A DNA stretch of 64,000 bases from Candidatus Babeliales bacterium (GTDB taxonomy: Bacteria; Babelota; Babeliae; Babelales; JBFXEV01), in NCBI GenBank assembly GCA_050179755.1, contig JBFXEV010000001.1:1033994-1097993 (forward strand), written 5' to 3'. Below are positions 19,171 through 29,656 of this stretch, one piece after another (within the stretch, counting starts at the first letter, position 1; the number at the start of each line of letters is the position of its first letter). Under the pieces are notes generated by a model that saw only the letters and a program-made list of their open reading frames with translations, was not told the DNA's origin and made no database searches. The position numbers and the translations under genes were made by a program.

Positions 19171-20946
19171 ATGATATACCGCAAAGCGTCTCTATTTTTA
19201 TTTTTTGCAACATTTTTTATTTGTTCACGTATAAAAGCTGGCTTTATTGAAGGAACGCTCGTTAAAACCTCTCAAGGCTTTGTGCCAATACAAGAATTGA
19301 GAATTGATGACGAAGTCTATGCATATGATACACGCACAGAAGAATTTGCAATACGCAGCATTGTGGCTAGTAATAGTCATGCAATATCTTCTTTGATCCA
19401 TCTGCAAGCCAATGGAAAACACCTTTTTGCTGATGCTGAACAGTTGTTTTACTTAGTCCTTGAAAAGAAATGGTGTTGTGCAAAAGATCTTCAGCCCGGA
19501 ATGTTGATGCAATCTTATCATGGGCAAAAAATTTTGGTGGAAAAGGTCAATGAACTCAATGTAAATAGCACTGTACATGAGATTACGCTTAATGAACCTC
19601 ACACTTTTTGCGTGACTGGCGATGGCATAGTTGTTCATAATTTTGCTTTTACCATCCCAATTTTGATTTTTGGTGCAGAAGGTATATCTCTTGCTAGTGG
19701 TATTGGTTCCGCATTAGTAAGCGGCGTCTGTGCAATAATTTGTTATAAAATTATTGCAGACACCGCTGGAGCAACCGTTGACCCTAATTTAGGTGTTTCT
19801 CAAGCTGATTTTTTAGGATCACAACAACAAAATATTAATCAAACAATAAATTATAACGCTCAAGCGAAGCATTATTCTCTAGCGCCTGATCACTCTCAAG
19901 CTACTGCAAAAAATACTGTCTTTTCTAGTCCAAAAACATCTGCTGACTTGGCAAGTAGCAGTTTTGAAAGATATCCTGGTGTGCATGATACACGGTCTTT
20001 CCCTGTCCCAAAATTGCCTATAGTCAATGCATGTGAAATTCCTGAAAAAAATAAGAATGGGCAGGAAATATCCACGTGCCCACCACCCAAAGAAGAAGAA
20101 CTATTACCAACGCTTGGTTGCGGCCAACCTCAAATGCCTGAGCCAATTATTTCTGGAGAATGTTTGCCCGATGTGCCAGAAGCGGACAGACTACAGTGTC
20201 CAGGAATTATTGGAGCATGGAAGCCGGAAGATGCGCAGACCTCATGCAATTGGAGCCGATCTCCACAGATACCCGGTTTGCTTGATATAAGTCCTGAAAA
20301 CGATTTACAAGAAGATTCAGGTGATAGTGAAGATGAAGCGCAAGTTGCCGACGATGAAATAACTGGCCAAAATGATGATGTTGCTCCCGCCAAGCCCAAA
20401 GAGAAAAATCAAAGGCAATCCAAAAAGAACTCACGACCATGGGATCTACCTAATCATGACCCAGCAATCGATATTGAGAAAATTGATTTTTCTGAAGTGC
20501 CTTATTTAACTCAAGAAGAAATCGAATTAATTAAAGAATGTATTGAACGATTTTTAGAGGTAGAAGGCTTTCTAGCAAATGATGGTGCTTTGTGGAGAAT
20601 ACTTAAATTTGAGGATCAAAAAAATGGAGCATTGTTTGAATTAGAATACATCAGTGAGTTGACTGATCAAGGCAGTACCATTATCAAAATGGGCTATGAA
20701 GTAAAAATACAAGGTGAAGTAATAGAAATTGATATTGAAACTGATACTGAATTAATAGAATGTAAATCTGGTACCTGGGAACTAAAAGAAGAAAATTACA
20801 TTAAGAAACTAAAGAAAAAGCTGCAGTTGGGAAAAGAACATAGCAAGAATCTGCAAAAGGAATTTGTAGTTGTTTCGAAAAAGTCAATTCCTACAATGTG
20901 GAAAAATTGGTTCATCGAAAACAATATAAATTTTAGAGAAAAATAA
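19171..20946 (+). CDS. Polymorphic toxin: signal peptide, Hint domain, linker, PD-(D/E)xK (REase-fold) nuclease tip
   Basis: GFIEGTLVKTSQGFVPIQEL...VHEITLNEPHTFCVTGDGIVVHN (Hint, 19240-19641); tip GALFELE...EIDIETDTELIECKSG; ATG 19171 preferred over TTG 19117. Confidence 0.85.
   Translation: MIYRKASLFLFFATFFICSRIKAGFIEGTLVKTSQGFVPIQELRIDDEVYAYDTRTEEFAIRSIVASNSHAISSLIHLQANGKHLFADAEQLFYLVLEKKWCCAKDLQPGMLMQSYHGQKILVEKVNELNVNSTVHEITLNEPHTFCVTGDGIVVHNFAFTIPILIFGAEGISLASGIGSALVSGVCAIICYKIIADTAGATVDPNLGVSQADFLGSQQQNINQTINYNAQAKHYSLAPDHSQATAKNTVFSSPKTSADLASSSFERYPGVHDTRSFPVPKLPIVNACEIPEKNKNGQEISTCPPPKEEELLPTLGCGQPQMPEPIISGECLPDVPEADRLQCPGIIGAWKPEDAQTSCNWSRSPQIPGLLDISPENDLQEDSGDSEDEAQVADDEITGQNDDVAPAKPKEKNQRQSKKNSRPWDLPNHDPAIDIEKIDFSEVPYLTQEEIELIKECIERFLEVEGFLANDGALWRILKFEDQKNGALFELEYISELTDQGSTIIKMGYEVKIQGEVIEIDIETDTELIECKSGTWELKEENYIKKLKKKLQLGKEHSKNLQKEFVVVSKKSIPTMWKNWFIENNINFREK
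20407..20562 (+). repeat. 156-bp perfect direct repeat (copy 2 at 22020-22175) just upstream of the variable toxin tip
   Basis: aatcaaaggcaatcc...tttttagaggta identical in both copies; flanks diverge. Confidence 0.95.
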
Positions 20947-20948
20947 TC

Positions 20949-21812
20949 ATGAAAAGAACTTATTCATTTTGCGTTATGCTTAATTTAGATTATTCAGAGG
21001 AAAATATTTTTTCAATTCTCGAAAATGGTTCAAAATTAGGCTGCGTCTATAGAGATCATGGCCTCGGTGATACTCTTTCAAATATAGTTAATAGCAAAGA
21101 TGCCACAAAAGTTGTGTTGACTCGTTTTATCCAAGAATATGAATATGGACCTTATATTTTAGCAAAATTGGGTAAAACACATTATACTATTTGGTTTTAT
21201 CGTAGAAATAGTAAAATTTACTTGTGTATCGACCCTGATCATATCACATGGAAAAAACGTTATGAGCTGTGTGATTGGCAGGGTATCAATTTCTATCGCT
21301 ATCAAAGTTTTATATTAAGCTTAGTCGGTAACAATGTAATCACACATTTTAAAACGTATGAGTATTATAATGCAATTTATGCTGCAGAGTACAAAGAGCG
21401 TGATAAAAAAATATATGTAAAATTGAATACATATTGGGCGTATGATGTGTATCATCACCTAAAAGTGAATGGCAAGATACTAGGCATCATTTGGTTAGAT
21501 GCGAAGATGCAACCAATAAACATTAAAACTGAAGATAATACGCTTGAAAATATAATATATGATGAAAATAGGCAGCAATGTTGGTACGCTCTACACAACA
21601 ATATTGTATTAAAATTTTCTCTTATCGTAGGTCCAATTTTTATCATTGAGCCTATGAGTAATGGTAATTCCACCACAATGGATCAAGCACACGTGCTTGA
21701 TAGTGGCTTAAGAACTACTATTGAATTATTTAAAAATATGCCTGTTTTTAGATTTATCACCTTCAAGAGCGATGAAGACATAATTAATATCAACAAAATG
21801 GATGATAGATAG
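20949..21812 (+). CDS. Putative cognate immunity protein 1
   Basis: Starts 2 bp after the toxin stop; aromatic-rich, AT-rich; two paralogs downstream. Confidence 0.75.
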   Translation: MKRTYSFCVMLNLDYSEENIFSILENGSKLGCVYRDHGLGDTLSNIVNSKDATKVVLTRFIQEYEYGPYILAKLGKTHYTIWFYRRNSKIYLCIDPDHITWKKRYELCDWQGINFYRYQSFILSLVGNNVITHFKTYEYYNAIYAAEYKERDKKIYVKLNTYWAYDVYHHLKVNGKILGIIWLDAKMQPINIKTEDNTLENIIYDENRQQCWYALHNNIVLKFSLIVGPIFIIEPMSNGNSTTMDQAHVLDSGLRTTIELFKNMPVFRFITFKSDEDIININKMDDR

Positions 21813-21848
21813 TTATGTTTTCCGCATTAGCTTGGTTTTCTTGATTAG

Positions 21849-22565
21849 AGCAGGCATCCACATATATCCGGACTGCTTGATATAAGTCCTGAGAAAGATT
21901 ATCAAGAAGATGCTGACAATCAAGAAGATCCTGGTAATTGTGAAGATGATGCACCAGTTGTCGAAGGTGAAATAACTGGCCAAAATGATGATGTCGCTCC
22001 AACGAAGCCTAAAGAGAAGAATCAAAGGCAATCCAAAAAGAACTCACGACCATGGGATCTACCTAATCATGACCCAGCAATCGATATTGAGAAAATTGAT
22101 TTTTCTGAAGTGCCTTATTTAACTCAAGAAGAAATCGAATTAATTAAAGAATGTATTGAACGATTTTTAGAGGTACAAGGATTTATTGCAAAAGATGGTG
22201 CTCTCTGGAGAATACTTAAATTTGAAGCTCAAAAAGATGGGGCATATTTTGAATTAGAATACATCATTGAGCTGAGTGATCAAGGCCGTAAAATTATTAA
22301 AATGGGTGAGGAAGTCAAAGTACATGATGGATTAGTTGAAATTGACATTGAAACTGACATTGAATTAATAGAATGTAAATCCGGTATTTGGGAAATTAAG
22401 AATGCGCAAATAATTAAGAATTTACAAGATAAACTATTGTCTGCAAAAGAATATGGCAAACAGTTACAAAAATCATTTGTTGTAGTTACTAAAAAACAAA
22501 TTCCACCGATGTGGCAAAACTGGCTTGATCAAAATAATATTAACCATAGAGATTGGGAACCATAA
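21849..22565 (+). pseudogene. Orphan toxin C-terminal cassette (tip 2), lacking the N-terminal region
   Basis: Open frame from 21849 (after a TAG aligning with a Trp codon of the full toxin) homologous to toxin nt ~20255-20946; catalytic EIDIETDIELIECKSG intact. Confidence 0.85.
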
Positions 22566-22619
22566 GGAATAGTTATTCTTTGAAAAATTAGTTAATTAAA
22601 AATACTTAAAATGATTTTT

Positions 22620-23016
22620 TGGTTATTGAATAATTTCTTACAAATGCTAATGCTCTCTTGAGTTACTCGAATCCGTAGAGCAAAAATTGAGCATTATTTA
22701 AATTAGAATATATCATGGAGCTGAAATGAACAAGACTAGACCAATTATTAAAATGGGACATAAGTTTGCAGTGCAGGAGGAACTAATAGAAATTGATATT
22801 GAAACTGATACTGAATTAATAATATGTAAATCTAGCGTTTGGGAGCAAACGAGAACAGATAAAATTAATAATTTAAAAAATAAGTTATTCCTTGCAGGAA
22901 AATGTGGCAATGGCATGGGAAAGCCATTCGTCATAGTTTCTAAAAAAATCATTCCGCTAGAGTGGAAAAATTGGTTTAATAAAAATAATATTAAATATAG
23001 AGAATGGCAACGATGA
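22620..23016 (+). pseudogene. Degraded orphan toxin tip 3
   Basis: IIKMG...EIDIETDTELIICKSS...IPLEWKNWF; frameshifted homology upstream of 22726; start boundary approximate. Confidence 0.8.
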
Positions 23017-23873
23017 GTAAAAATTATGAATTTTTAGCTATGTTAGACTTAAAATATTCAAAAGAGAACAGTCTATTAATTCTTGAAAATGGAACAAGAA
23101 TGGGATGCATTTTCAAAAACCAAAGATTTACTAATCCTGAGGTAGCTATAATTGATAAATTTTCTGCCATGGAACTTGTTTGGTCACGTCATCTAGAAAA
23201 TTATGAATATGGGCCACTTGTATATGCTAAATATTATAAAACGCATTTTGCAATTTGGTTTTACAATAAAAATAATAAAATATATTTATACTTAAGCCCG
23301 ACTCATATTGGATGGAAAAAACGATATGATCTGTGTGATTGGTATGGCATTCATTTTTACCGCTATCAAAGTTTTATGTTGCGCTTAATTGGCAACAATA
23401 AAATTACACATTTTGAAACGTATGAGTACTTTAATGCTTCCTATGATGCTGAAGATATGTCTTATAACACCAAAATATATGTAAAATTGTATACGTATTG
23501 GGCTTATGATGTGCACCATCACTTAAAAGTAAATGGCAAGATACTAGGCATTATTTGGTTAGATGCTAAGATGCAACCAATGAGCATTAAAACTGAAGAC
23601 AATTCGATTGAAAATATTCTATATGATGAAAATAGGCAGCAATGTTGGTTCGCTATACACCATAACATCTTATTAAAATTTTCTATGCCAGCAGACCGTA
23701 CTTTTATCATTGAGCCTATGAGTAACGGCAGCTCTGCCATAAATCAAGCAGAATTGCTCGATAGTGGTTTAAGAACTATTATTGAACTATTTAAAAATAT
23801 GCCTGTTTTTAGATTAATTACCTTTAAGAGCGATGAAGATCTAATTAATATCAATAAGATGGATGATAGATAA
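23013..23873 (+). CDS. Putative immunity protein 2 (paralog)
   Basis: Shares WKKRYxLC, FYRYQSF, HHLKVNGK and INKMDD with 20949-21812; ATG 23013 overlaps the tip-3 stop (ATGA). Confidence 0.8.
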   Translation: MSKNYEFLAMLDLKYSKENSLLILENGTRMGCIFKNQRFTNPEVAIIDKFSAMELVWSRHLENYEYGPLVYAKYYKTHFAIWFYNKNNKIYLYLSPTHIGWKKRYDLCDWYGIHFYRYQSFMLRLIGNNKITHFETYEYFNASYDAEDMSYNTKIYVKLYTYWAYDVHHHLKVNGKILGIIWLDAKMQPMSIKTEDNSIENILYDENRQQCWFAIHHNILLKFSMPADRTFIIEPMSNGSSAINQAELLDSGLRTIIELFKNMPVFRLITFKSDEDLININKMDDR

Positions 23874-23951
23874 TTGCATTTTATGTATTTGCATTATTTT
23901 CTTGAAGAGTTGACTTGATTTAAATAATATTAAATATACGAAATGGCAATC

Positions 23952-24818
23952 ATGAGTAGAAATTTTGAATTTTCCGCAATGCTAAATTTATGCCATTCTA
24001 AGGAAAATATTTTTTCAATTCTAGAAAATGGGGCAAAATTAGGTTGCGTTTATAAAAACACCAGATTTACAAATCCTAATGTTAAGATAGTTAATATTTC
24101 TCTTGCTGCTGAACTTGTTTTGTCTCGTTTTATTGAGGACAGCGAAGAGGGTCCGCTTATTTATGTTAAATATCATAAAAATAATTTTGCTCTTTGGTTT
24201 TATAATATAAGCAACAAAATCTATTTGTTTATGAGCCCGACTCATATTGGATGGAAAAAAAGATATGATCTTTGTAATTCCTATGGTATTAATTTCTATC
24301 GTTATCAAAGTTTTATGTTGCGCTTAATCGGCAACAATATAATCACACATTTTGAAACTTTTGAATATTTCAATGAAGCCTTTGATGCAGAAGATATGCT
24401 TCATAACACCAAAGTATATGTAAAATTGTATATGTATTGGCCATATGATGTGTATCATCATCTAAAAGTAAATGGCAAGATGCTAGGCATTACCTGGTTA
24501 GATGCAAACAAACAGCCAATAGATCTTAAAGCTAAAGATAATGCGCTTGAAAGCATGCTCAACGATGAAGAAAGTGAGCAATGTTGGTATGCTATTCGTA
24601 ATAATATTGTATTAAAATTTTCTCTTACCGCAGGTCCTATTTTTATCATTGAACCTATGATCTCACCTTCGCTGAATTCCGGTACGCTAGATCAAGCACA
24701 AGTGTTTGATACTGGCTTGAGAACGACTATCGAATTATTTAGAAACGTGCACGTTTTTAGATTAATTACCTTTAAAAGTAATGAAGATCTAATTAATATC
24801 AACAAAATGGATGATTGA
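23952..24818 (+). CDS. Putative immunity protein 3 (orphan paralog)
   Basis: Same motifs; preceded by about 30 nt resembling the end of a toxin tip. Confidence 0.8.
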   Translation: MSRNFEFSAMLNLCHSKENIFSILENGAKLGCVYKNTRFTNPNVKIVNISLAAELVLSRFIEDSEEGPLIYVKYHKNNFALWFYNISNKIYLFMSPTHIGWKKRYDLCNSYGINFYRYQSFMLRLIGNNIITHFETFEYFNEAFDAEDMLHNTKVYVKLYMYWPYDVYHHLKVNGKMLGITWLDANKQPIDLKAKDNALESMLNDEESEQCWYAIRNNIVLKFSLTAGPIFIIEPMISPSLNSGTLDQAQVFDTGLRTTIELFRNVHVFRLITFKSNEDLININKMDD

Positions 24819-24863
24819 TAATTACCGTATTGTGCATTCGTATTGTTTTTTTGTAACGACTTT

Positions 24864-25313
24864 TTACAAAACAATACTCTTGCTTTCATTGTGACTCTTG
24901 AGTAGTTCTTCTATGTGGTGCTGCTGTAAGTGTATGATCTTTTTAATATTTGGATGCAACGCACTATGCTCAAGTTCATCAAGTTTAATCCATCTAAAAC
25001 TATCATGCTCACGCGGACTAATCGTAACATCTTTGGTATCAACTACAGCACAGAACAAATACTCTAACACCATCTTGCCAGAGGGATGCGGCCATTCGTG
25101 AGTAGTTAATTGTTGCATCCTTTTTAGAGTTAAACCCGCTTCCTCTTGAACTTCACGTACTGCCCCATCTGCTACAGACTCGCCACTCTCAATCGTGCCG
25201 CCAGGAAGATCTTCCATTCCAGGGCTCACTAGAGCTTTTGAAGTTCGCTTAAGTAAAAGGAGTAAAGGTTGTTCGCCTACATTATAAAAAACAAGAACTT
25301 TAGCAACTAACAT
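24864..25313 (-). CDS. NUDIX hydrolase
   Basis: PGGTIESGESVADGAVREVQEEAGL Nudix box. Confidence 0.92.
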   Translation of the reverse strand: MLVAKVLVFYNVGEQPLLLLLKRTSKALVSPGMEDLPGGTIESGESVADGAVREVQEEAGLTLKRMQQLTTHEWPHPSGKMVLEYLFCAVVDTKDVTISPREHDSFRWIKLDELEHSALHPNIKKIIHLQQHHIEELLKSHNESKSIVL

Positions 25314-25718
25314 GACATGCTATACCTTGATTACAAATACGTTGTTAAGACTGATTAATTTTAAGGTTACCTATCTTTTGGAAAATGTTAATTTATATTC
25401 GTAAACAGGATGTATTTTATAACCACATGTAAGTAAACTAATATTCATAAACTATAAGTAAATATTCAAACCCACAAGGGCTATTCAATGAAAATGCGTA
25501 AATTCATACGTCTCAGAAGTCATAGACACAATGTGTGCTTTGCATGTAATAAGTAAAGAAGAAATTCAAATTCTTCAAACAAAAACATAATGAGCGTGGT
25601 GGCTTTTTAGAGCGCTAATATGTTACTACTGCTGAACATCCTGAATGTAGTTAGGGAGTGGAGTATTGCTTGGCTCAACCAGAGAAATATCCGGAAATTA
25701 AGTGAGGGCAATGTTATT

Positions 25719-26435
25719 ATGAAAAAAAAAAGTGCTATCTTGGGTTTTATATTAGTAGTGTCTGCAAGTAAGATATTCGCACAAACTTATCAATCTCACT
25801 TTCCTAAGTTAGTATTCAAGTATGATTGGCGTGGTAAAAGCCTCGATCTTATTGGCAGATGGAGTTTGGATGGGGTTACATTAGCGCAACTTAAAGAACA
25901 ATATGATCTTCTTTCTCCAGAATTAGTGAGATCTTGTGAGCATGATTTGCCGTTATTTTTCGAAGAACTTTTTTCTGTTTTTAATCGGGGTATTAAGGCA
26001 AAAGAAAGAACAGTATTGATTTCCTTAACTAATCGTTGGTCGTATGGGAGCCACCGTTTTTTAGTTTTGGGACTCCGCAATATCCTTGACCCCAGCCCTT
26101 GGTGCAGAAAAGGCAGTCGTAGCGATGAATTTACTACTACTATGTTTCATGAATTATTACATGTTTGGGTTGATGAGAATGTGAGCCAGGAATCACCTCT
26201 TGTGAAAAAGTATAGTAAAGAAGATATTGTTGTAAATGCACATATACATTTGATGGCTTTACAAAAGATGGTATATCTAAATCTTAATAGACCAGATTTA
26301 CTGGAGATGATTGATGATGGCTATCGTAATTACGCTCCGCTTTCATATAAGCGGGCATGGGAGATAGTTAATGATATTGAAGGGTATGAGGCAGTGCTTA
26401 AAGATATTACGCACTGCAAAAACCTTGAGGCTTAG
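25719..26435 (+). CDS. Hypothetical exported protein with HExxH motif
   Basis: MKKKSAILGFIL signal; MFHELLHVW. Confidence 0.7.
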   Translation: MKKKSAILGFILVVSASKIFAQTYQSHFPKLVFKYDWRGKSLDLIGRWSLDGVTLAQLKEQYDLLSPELVRSCEHDLPLFFEELFSVFNRGIKAKERTVLISLTNRWSYGSHRFLVLGLRNILDPSPWCRKGSRSDEFTTTMFHELLHVWVDENVSQESPLVKKYSKEDIVVNAHIHLMALQKMVYLNLNRPDLLEMIDDGYRNYAPLSYKRAWEIVNDIEGYEAVLKDITHCKNLEA

Positions 26436-26824
26436 TGTTGCGCAGCTTGTGCTTTATGACTTGCTATCGATCTTTGTATAAGAAATTGCATTCGTTCCAT
26501 GTACCTCTCACCAAGATCATTTTCATAGAAGTTGGCAATTTGTAAAGCATGGAGCAACAAATCGGGAAGTACTTCATTAATTAACTGTGCAGGATCAGGT
26601 TCTATTTTTCCATGCTCCTTAACTTCACAGTATGTCGCCATTTTACCCGTTGTTTTAACAAGATGAAGTAAGATATGTCGTAATTTCTCAAAATCATGAT
26701 TGATTTCAAAGTATTTTTCATCAAACTCATATTGAAATAGTTGTGCATCATGGGTATTGATAACAGTTGCATGCGTATAAGAAGTAGATGCTGTAAAAGC
26801 GAGGATAAAAAGTAATCGTTTCGT
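26432..26824 (-). CDS. Exported MazG-like all-helical protein with ACG in place of the start codon
   Basis: Frame open upstream of the 69-aa ORF: (ACG)KRLLFILAFTASTSYTHA...LRHILLHLVKTTGKMA...EVLPDLLLHALQIAN. Confidence 0.55.
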   Translation of the reverse strand, partial: TKRLLFILAFTASTSYTHATVINTHDAQLFQYEFDEKYFEINHDFEKLRHILLHLVKTTGKMATYCEVKEHGKIEPDPAQLINEVLPDLLLHALQIANFYENDLGERYMERMQFLIQRSIASHKAQAAQH

Positions 26825-26943
26825 GATGTTACAGTTTCTCTATTATAAAGCTAAAAGAGTTTTGACATGAGTAGTGCTATGGCATTATTCTTAGAAAATA
26901 GTATACTGGAATTTCAAAATATTTTCCGCTACTAAAGGCTTTT

Positions 26944-27882
26944 ATGTCTATTCTAAAAGTACAAAACCTCACAAAAACGTTCACATCTGGTTGGTGGCCA
27001 TTCAGTGTGCGTAAAACTTATACTGCTGTGAATGGTATTTCTTTTGAAGTGCAAAAAGGTGAAATTGTAGGCTTTCTTGGCCCCAATGGCGCTGGTAAAA
27101 CCACTACTATTCAAATGCTTCTTGGCACATTAACGCCAACTTCTGGATCAATTTCTTTTTTTGGAAAAAATTTTGAACAGCATAAAATTGAAATTCTCAA
27201 AAAAGTTGGCTTTGCAAGTGGCTATGATAGACTGCCAGCGCGGTTAACCGTGTGGGAAAATTTAGACATTATTGGCCGTTTATATGGTGTGCCAGATCAA
27301 GAGCGCAGTGTGCGTATTGAAAATTTACTTACTTTTTTTGGTATGTGGCACATGCGTGATCATGAAATGGGTTCACTTTCTGCAGGGCAAGCAACGCGCG
27401 TATTGCTTGCAAAAGCATTTATTAATAATCCAGAAATAGTGTTGCTTGATGAGCCAACAGCATCACTTGACCCTGATATTGCATTTGAAGTGCGGCAATT
27501 TATTTTGGCGCAGCGTAAAGAACGGGGTGTTTCTATTTTGGTAACATCTCACAACATGGAAGAAGTTACTGAACTTTGTGATCGCGTTTTGGTGCTTAAA
27601 CAAGGTACTATTATTGCTGATAACACGCCAGAAATGCTTGCCACGTCAGTTTCTAAAGTTCGCGTGCATTTGACAGTGCTTTATGATAGCCCAGCACTTA
27701 TTGCTTATTTAACGCAAAATAAATTAATCTATGCGCAGCATGATGTAACGTTTTCAATTGAAGTTGATGAAACGAATATTGCTGCATTGCTTGCGGATTT
27801 GGCACAGTATAAAATTATGTATACACAAATTAGTATTGATAAACCTACGCTTGAAGATTATTTTTTAAGCATTGCAAAGTAA
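26944..27882 (+). CDS. ABC-2 type exporter ATP-binding protein
   Basis: GPNGAGKTT, LSAGQ, LLDEPT. Confidence 0.95.
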   Translation: MSILKVQNLTKTFTSGWWPFSVRKTYTAVNGISFEVQKGEIVGFLGPNGAGKTTTIQMLLGTLTPTSGSISFFGKNFEQHKIEILKKVGFASGYDRLPARLTVWENLDIIGRLYGVPDQERSVRIENLLTFFGMWHMRDHEMGSLSAGQATRVLLAKAFINNPEIVLLDEPTASLDPDIAFEVRQFILAQRKERGVSILVTSHNMEEVTELCDRVLVLKQGTIIADNTPEMLATSVSKVRVHLTVLYDSPALIAYLTQNKLIYAQHDVTFSIEVDETNIAALLADLAQYKIMYTQISIDKPTLEDYFLSIAK

Positions 27883-28681
27883 CATTATGTTTTCTTTATC
27901 CCCCATTTGGGCCATCGTGCTGCGTTATACCAGGTTATGGCGCCGTGATTTAAATTCATTATTATTTGCTTTTTATTGGCCTATTCTCGATGTGCTAGTC
28001 TGGGGGTTCATGGGTGCATGGATACAGAGCGCGCAGACTGACGGTTTTCAAAACTATCAAGCGGTTGCATTGCTTGGCATATTGCTTTGGCAAACGGCAT
28101 CGCGTGGAGCTAACGTTATTGGTATTGCCTTTATGGAAGAGTTATGGTCGGCAAACGTGGTGAATTTATTTTCACTGCCCATACGCATTAGGGAATGGAT
28201 TATGGGAGTAATTCTGTATACTATGATCATGATGCTCATGACCACGCTGTTTTCTATGGTTCTTATTTATCTATTGTATACTGTTTCAGTGCTGCAAGTC
28301 CTCAAAACATTTCTTATTTTTTTTCTTCCCATGTTTTTTTGTGGTATTTGGCTTGGGTTTACTATTTTGCAGCTTTTGGTGCTTTTGGGTAAACGTGGCA
28401 TGGAACTTGCCTTTGTGATTGCTTGGTTTTTACTGCCATTTAGTGGAGCGTTTTACCCTATTGATGTGTTGCCCTACTGGCTGCAAGTGGTGAGTAATGT
28501 ATTCCCTATGAACTATGTGTTTGAAGGAATGCGTGGTTATTTGATGCATCAACAAGATCCGACGCTCTATCTCATTAAAGGCTTTGTTTTAAGCGTCTTG
28601 TATGCTGCCTTTGCGATCGCTATGTTTGTGTATTGCTTTAACAGAAGTAAGCAAAAAGGGCTTGCTCGATTAGTGGATTGA
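27872..28681 (+). CDS. ABC-2 type exporter permease
   Basis: Six TM segments, FSGAFYPIDVLP; coupled to the ATPase. Confidence 0.9.
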   Translation: MQSNIMFSLSPIWAIVLRYTRLWRRDLNSLLFAFYWPILDVLVWGFMGAWIQSAQTDGFQNYQAVALLGILLWQTASRGANVIGIAFMEELWSANVVNLFSLPIRIREWIMGVILYTMIMMLMTTLFSMVLIYLLYTVSVLQVLKTFLIFFLPMFFCGIWLGFTILQLLVLLGKRGMELAFVIAWFLLPFSGAFYPIDVLPYWLQVVSNVFPMNYVFEGMRGYLMHQQDPTLYLIKGFVLSVLYAAFAIAMFVYCFNRSKQKGLARLVD

Positions 28682-28767
28682 GCGTGGAGAAATGCTCACC
28701 TGCCAGGCTATTTACTCTATTGAAAACTTAGAATGCATAATGGACATGTTGCTTTAGAGAATTAACG

Positions 28768-29409
28768 ATGCGCAAAGTTTTTTGGGATAACCCCTATCAA
28801 CATACTCTTGTTACCAAAGTTGTCTCTGTAGATCGCGATATACTACTTTTTGAGTCAACGATTGCTTATTCTTTTGCTGGTGGACAGGAAAGTGATAAGG
28901 CTTTTGTTAATGGGATTTCTGTCTTAGATTCCAAAAGTGAGGGTAATCTCATTTACTATACTTTACCTGACGGTCATGAACTTAGAGTGGGCGATGAAGT
29001 TACCATGATAATTGATTGGCCACGTAGGCATAAACTGATGCGATTACATTTTGCGGCAGAACTAATTTTGGAAATAGTAACGCAAAAATATGGGCTAGAA
29101 AAAGTTGGTGCTCATATTGCAGAAACTAAATCTCGCATTGATTTTATCTCAGATACTAATATTTCTACACTATTTGATGCAATATTAAGCGAATATAGTC
29201 ACATAATTAGAAGTAATCTCCCTATAGAAAAAGGGTATTCAGATGTCCTGAATCAAAGGAGGTATTGGAAGATTGACAATTTTGCTCAGGTGCCTTGTGG
29301 TGGTACGCATGTTGACACAACAGGTGAAGTTGGATTTGTAACCTTAAAAAGGGACCGTCCGGGTAAATCAATTGAAAGAATTGAAATTAGGTTAGTTGAT
29401 TCATACTAG
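28768..29409 (+). CDS. AlaX-type alanyl-tRNA editing protein
   Basis: GGQESD, IDWPRRHKLMRLHFAAE, CGGTHV. Confidence 0.9.
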   Translation: MRKVFWDNPYQHTLVTKVVSVDRDILLFESTIAYSFAGGQESDKAFVNGISVLDSKSEGNLIYYTLPDGHELRVGDEVTMIIDWPRRHKLMRLHFAAELILEIVTQKYGLEKVGAHIAETKSRIDFISDTNISTLFDAILSEYSHIIRSNLPIEKGYSDVLNQRRYWKIDNFAQVPCGGTHVDTTGEVGFVTLKRDRPGKSIERIEIRLVDSY

Positions 29410-29656
29410 TTGTTGTAGCACTTATTTTTCTGGTGAAGTTGTATGGAAGATAGCATTTTGATTATACATTAGAACCCAACGATTACATGATGTTCGTGTT
29501 CTTTGCGAATGCTGTGGCATACCTGTTTTTTGGCTTTTAACGCCACCCTTAGATCATAGACTAAGTCGTAATTGGATATTTGCGGGTATAATCGGGTATA
29601 ATCGGATACATAGTTATACGCTTGGTAATCGCAACTATTTGTAAAGATAATAAAAA

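Noticed and set aside
19240..19641. Canonical self-splicing intein
   Set aside because: No Cys/Ser at position 1, Phe at +1, no homing endonuclease and no split host protein
14127..22175. Diversity-generating retroelement TR/VR pairs among the near-identical repeats
   Set aside because: No reverse transcriptase in the window; mismatches are not adenine-specific (156-bp pair identical, 380-bp pair mixed substitutions)
29580..29610. Short tandem gggtataatc duplication and ORF 29469-29678
   Set aside because: Only two copies within apparently decayed sequence; no supportable function
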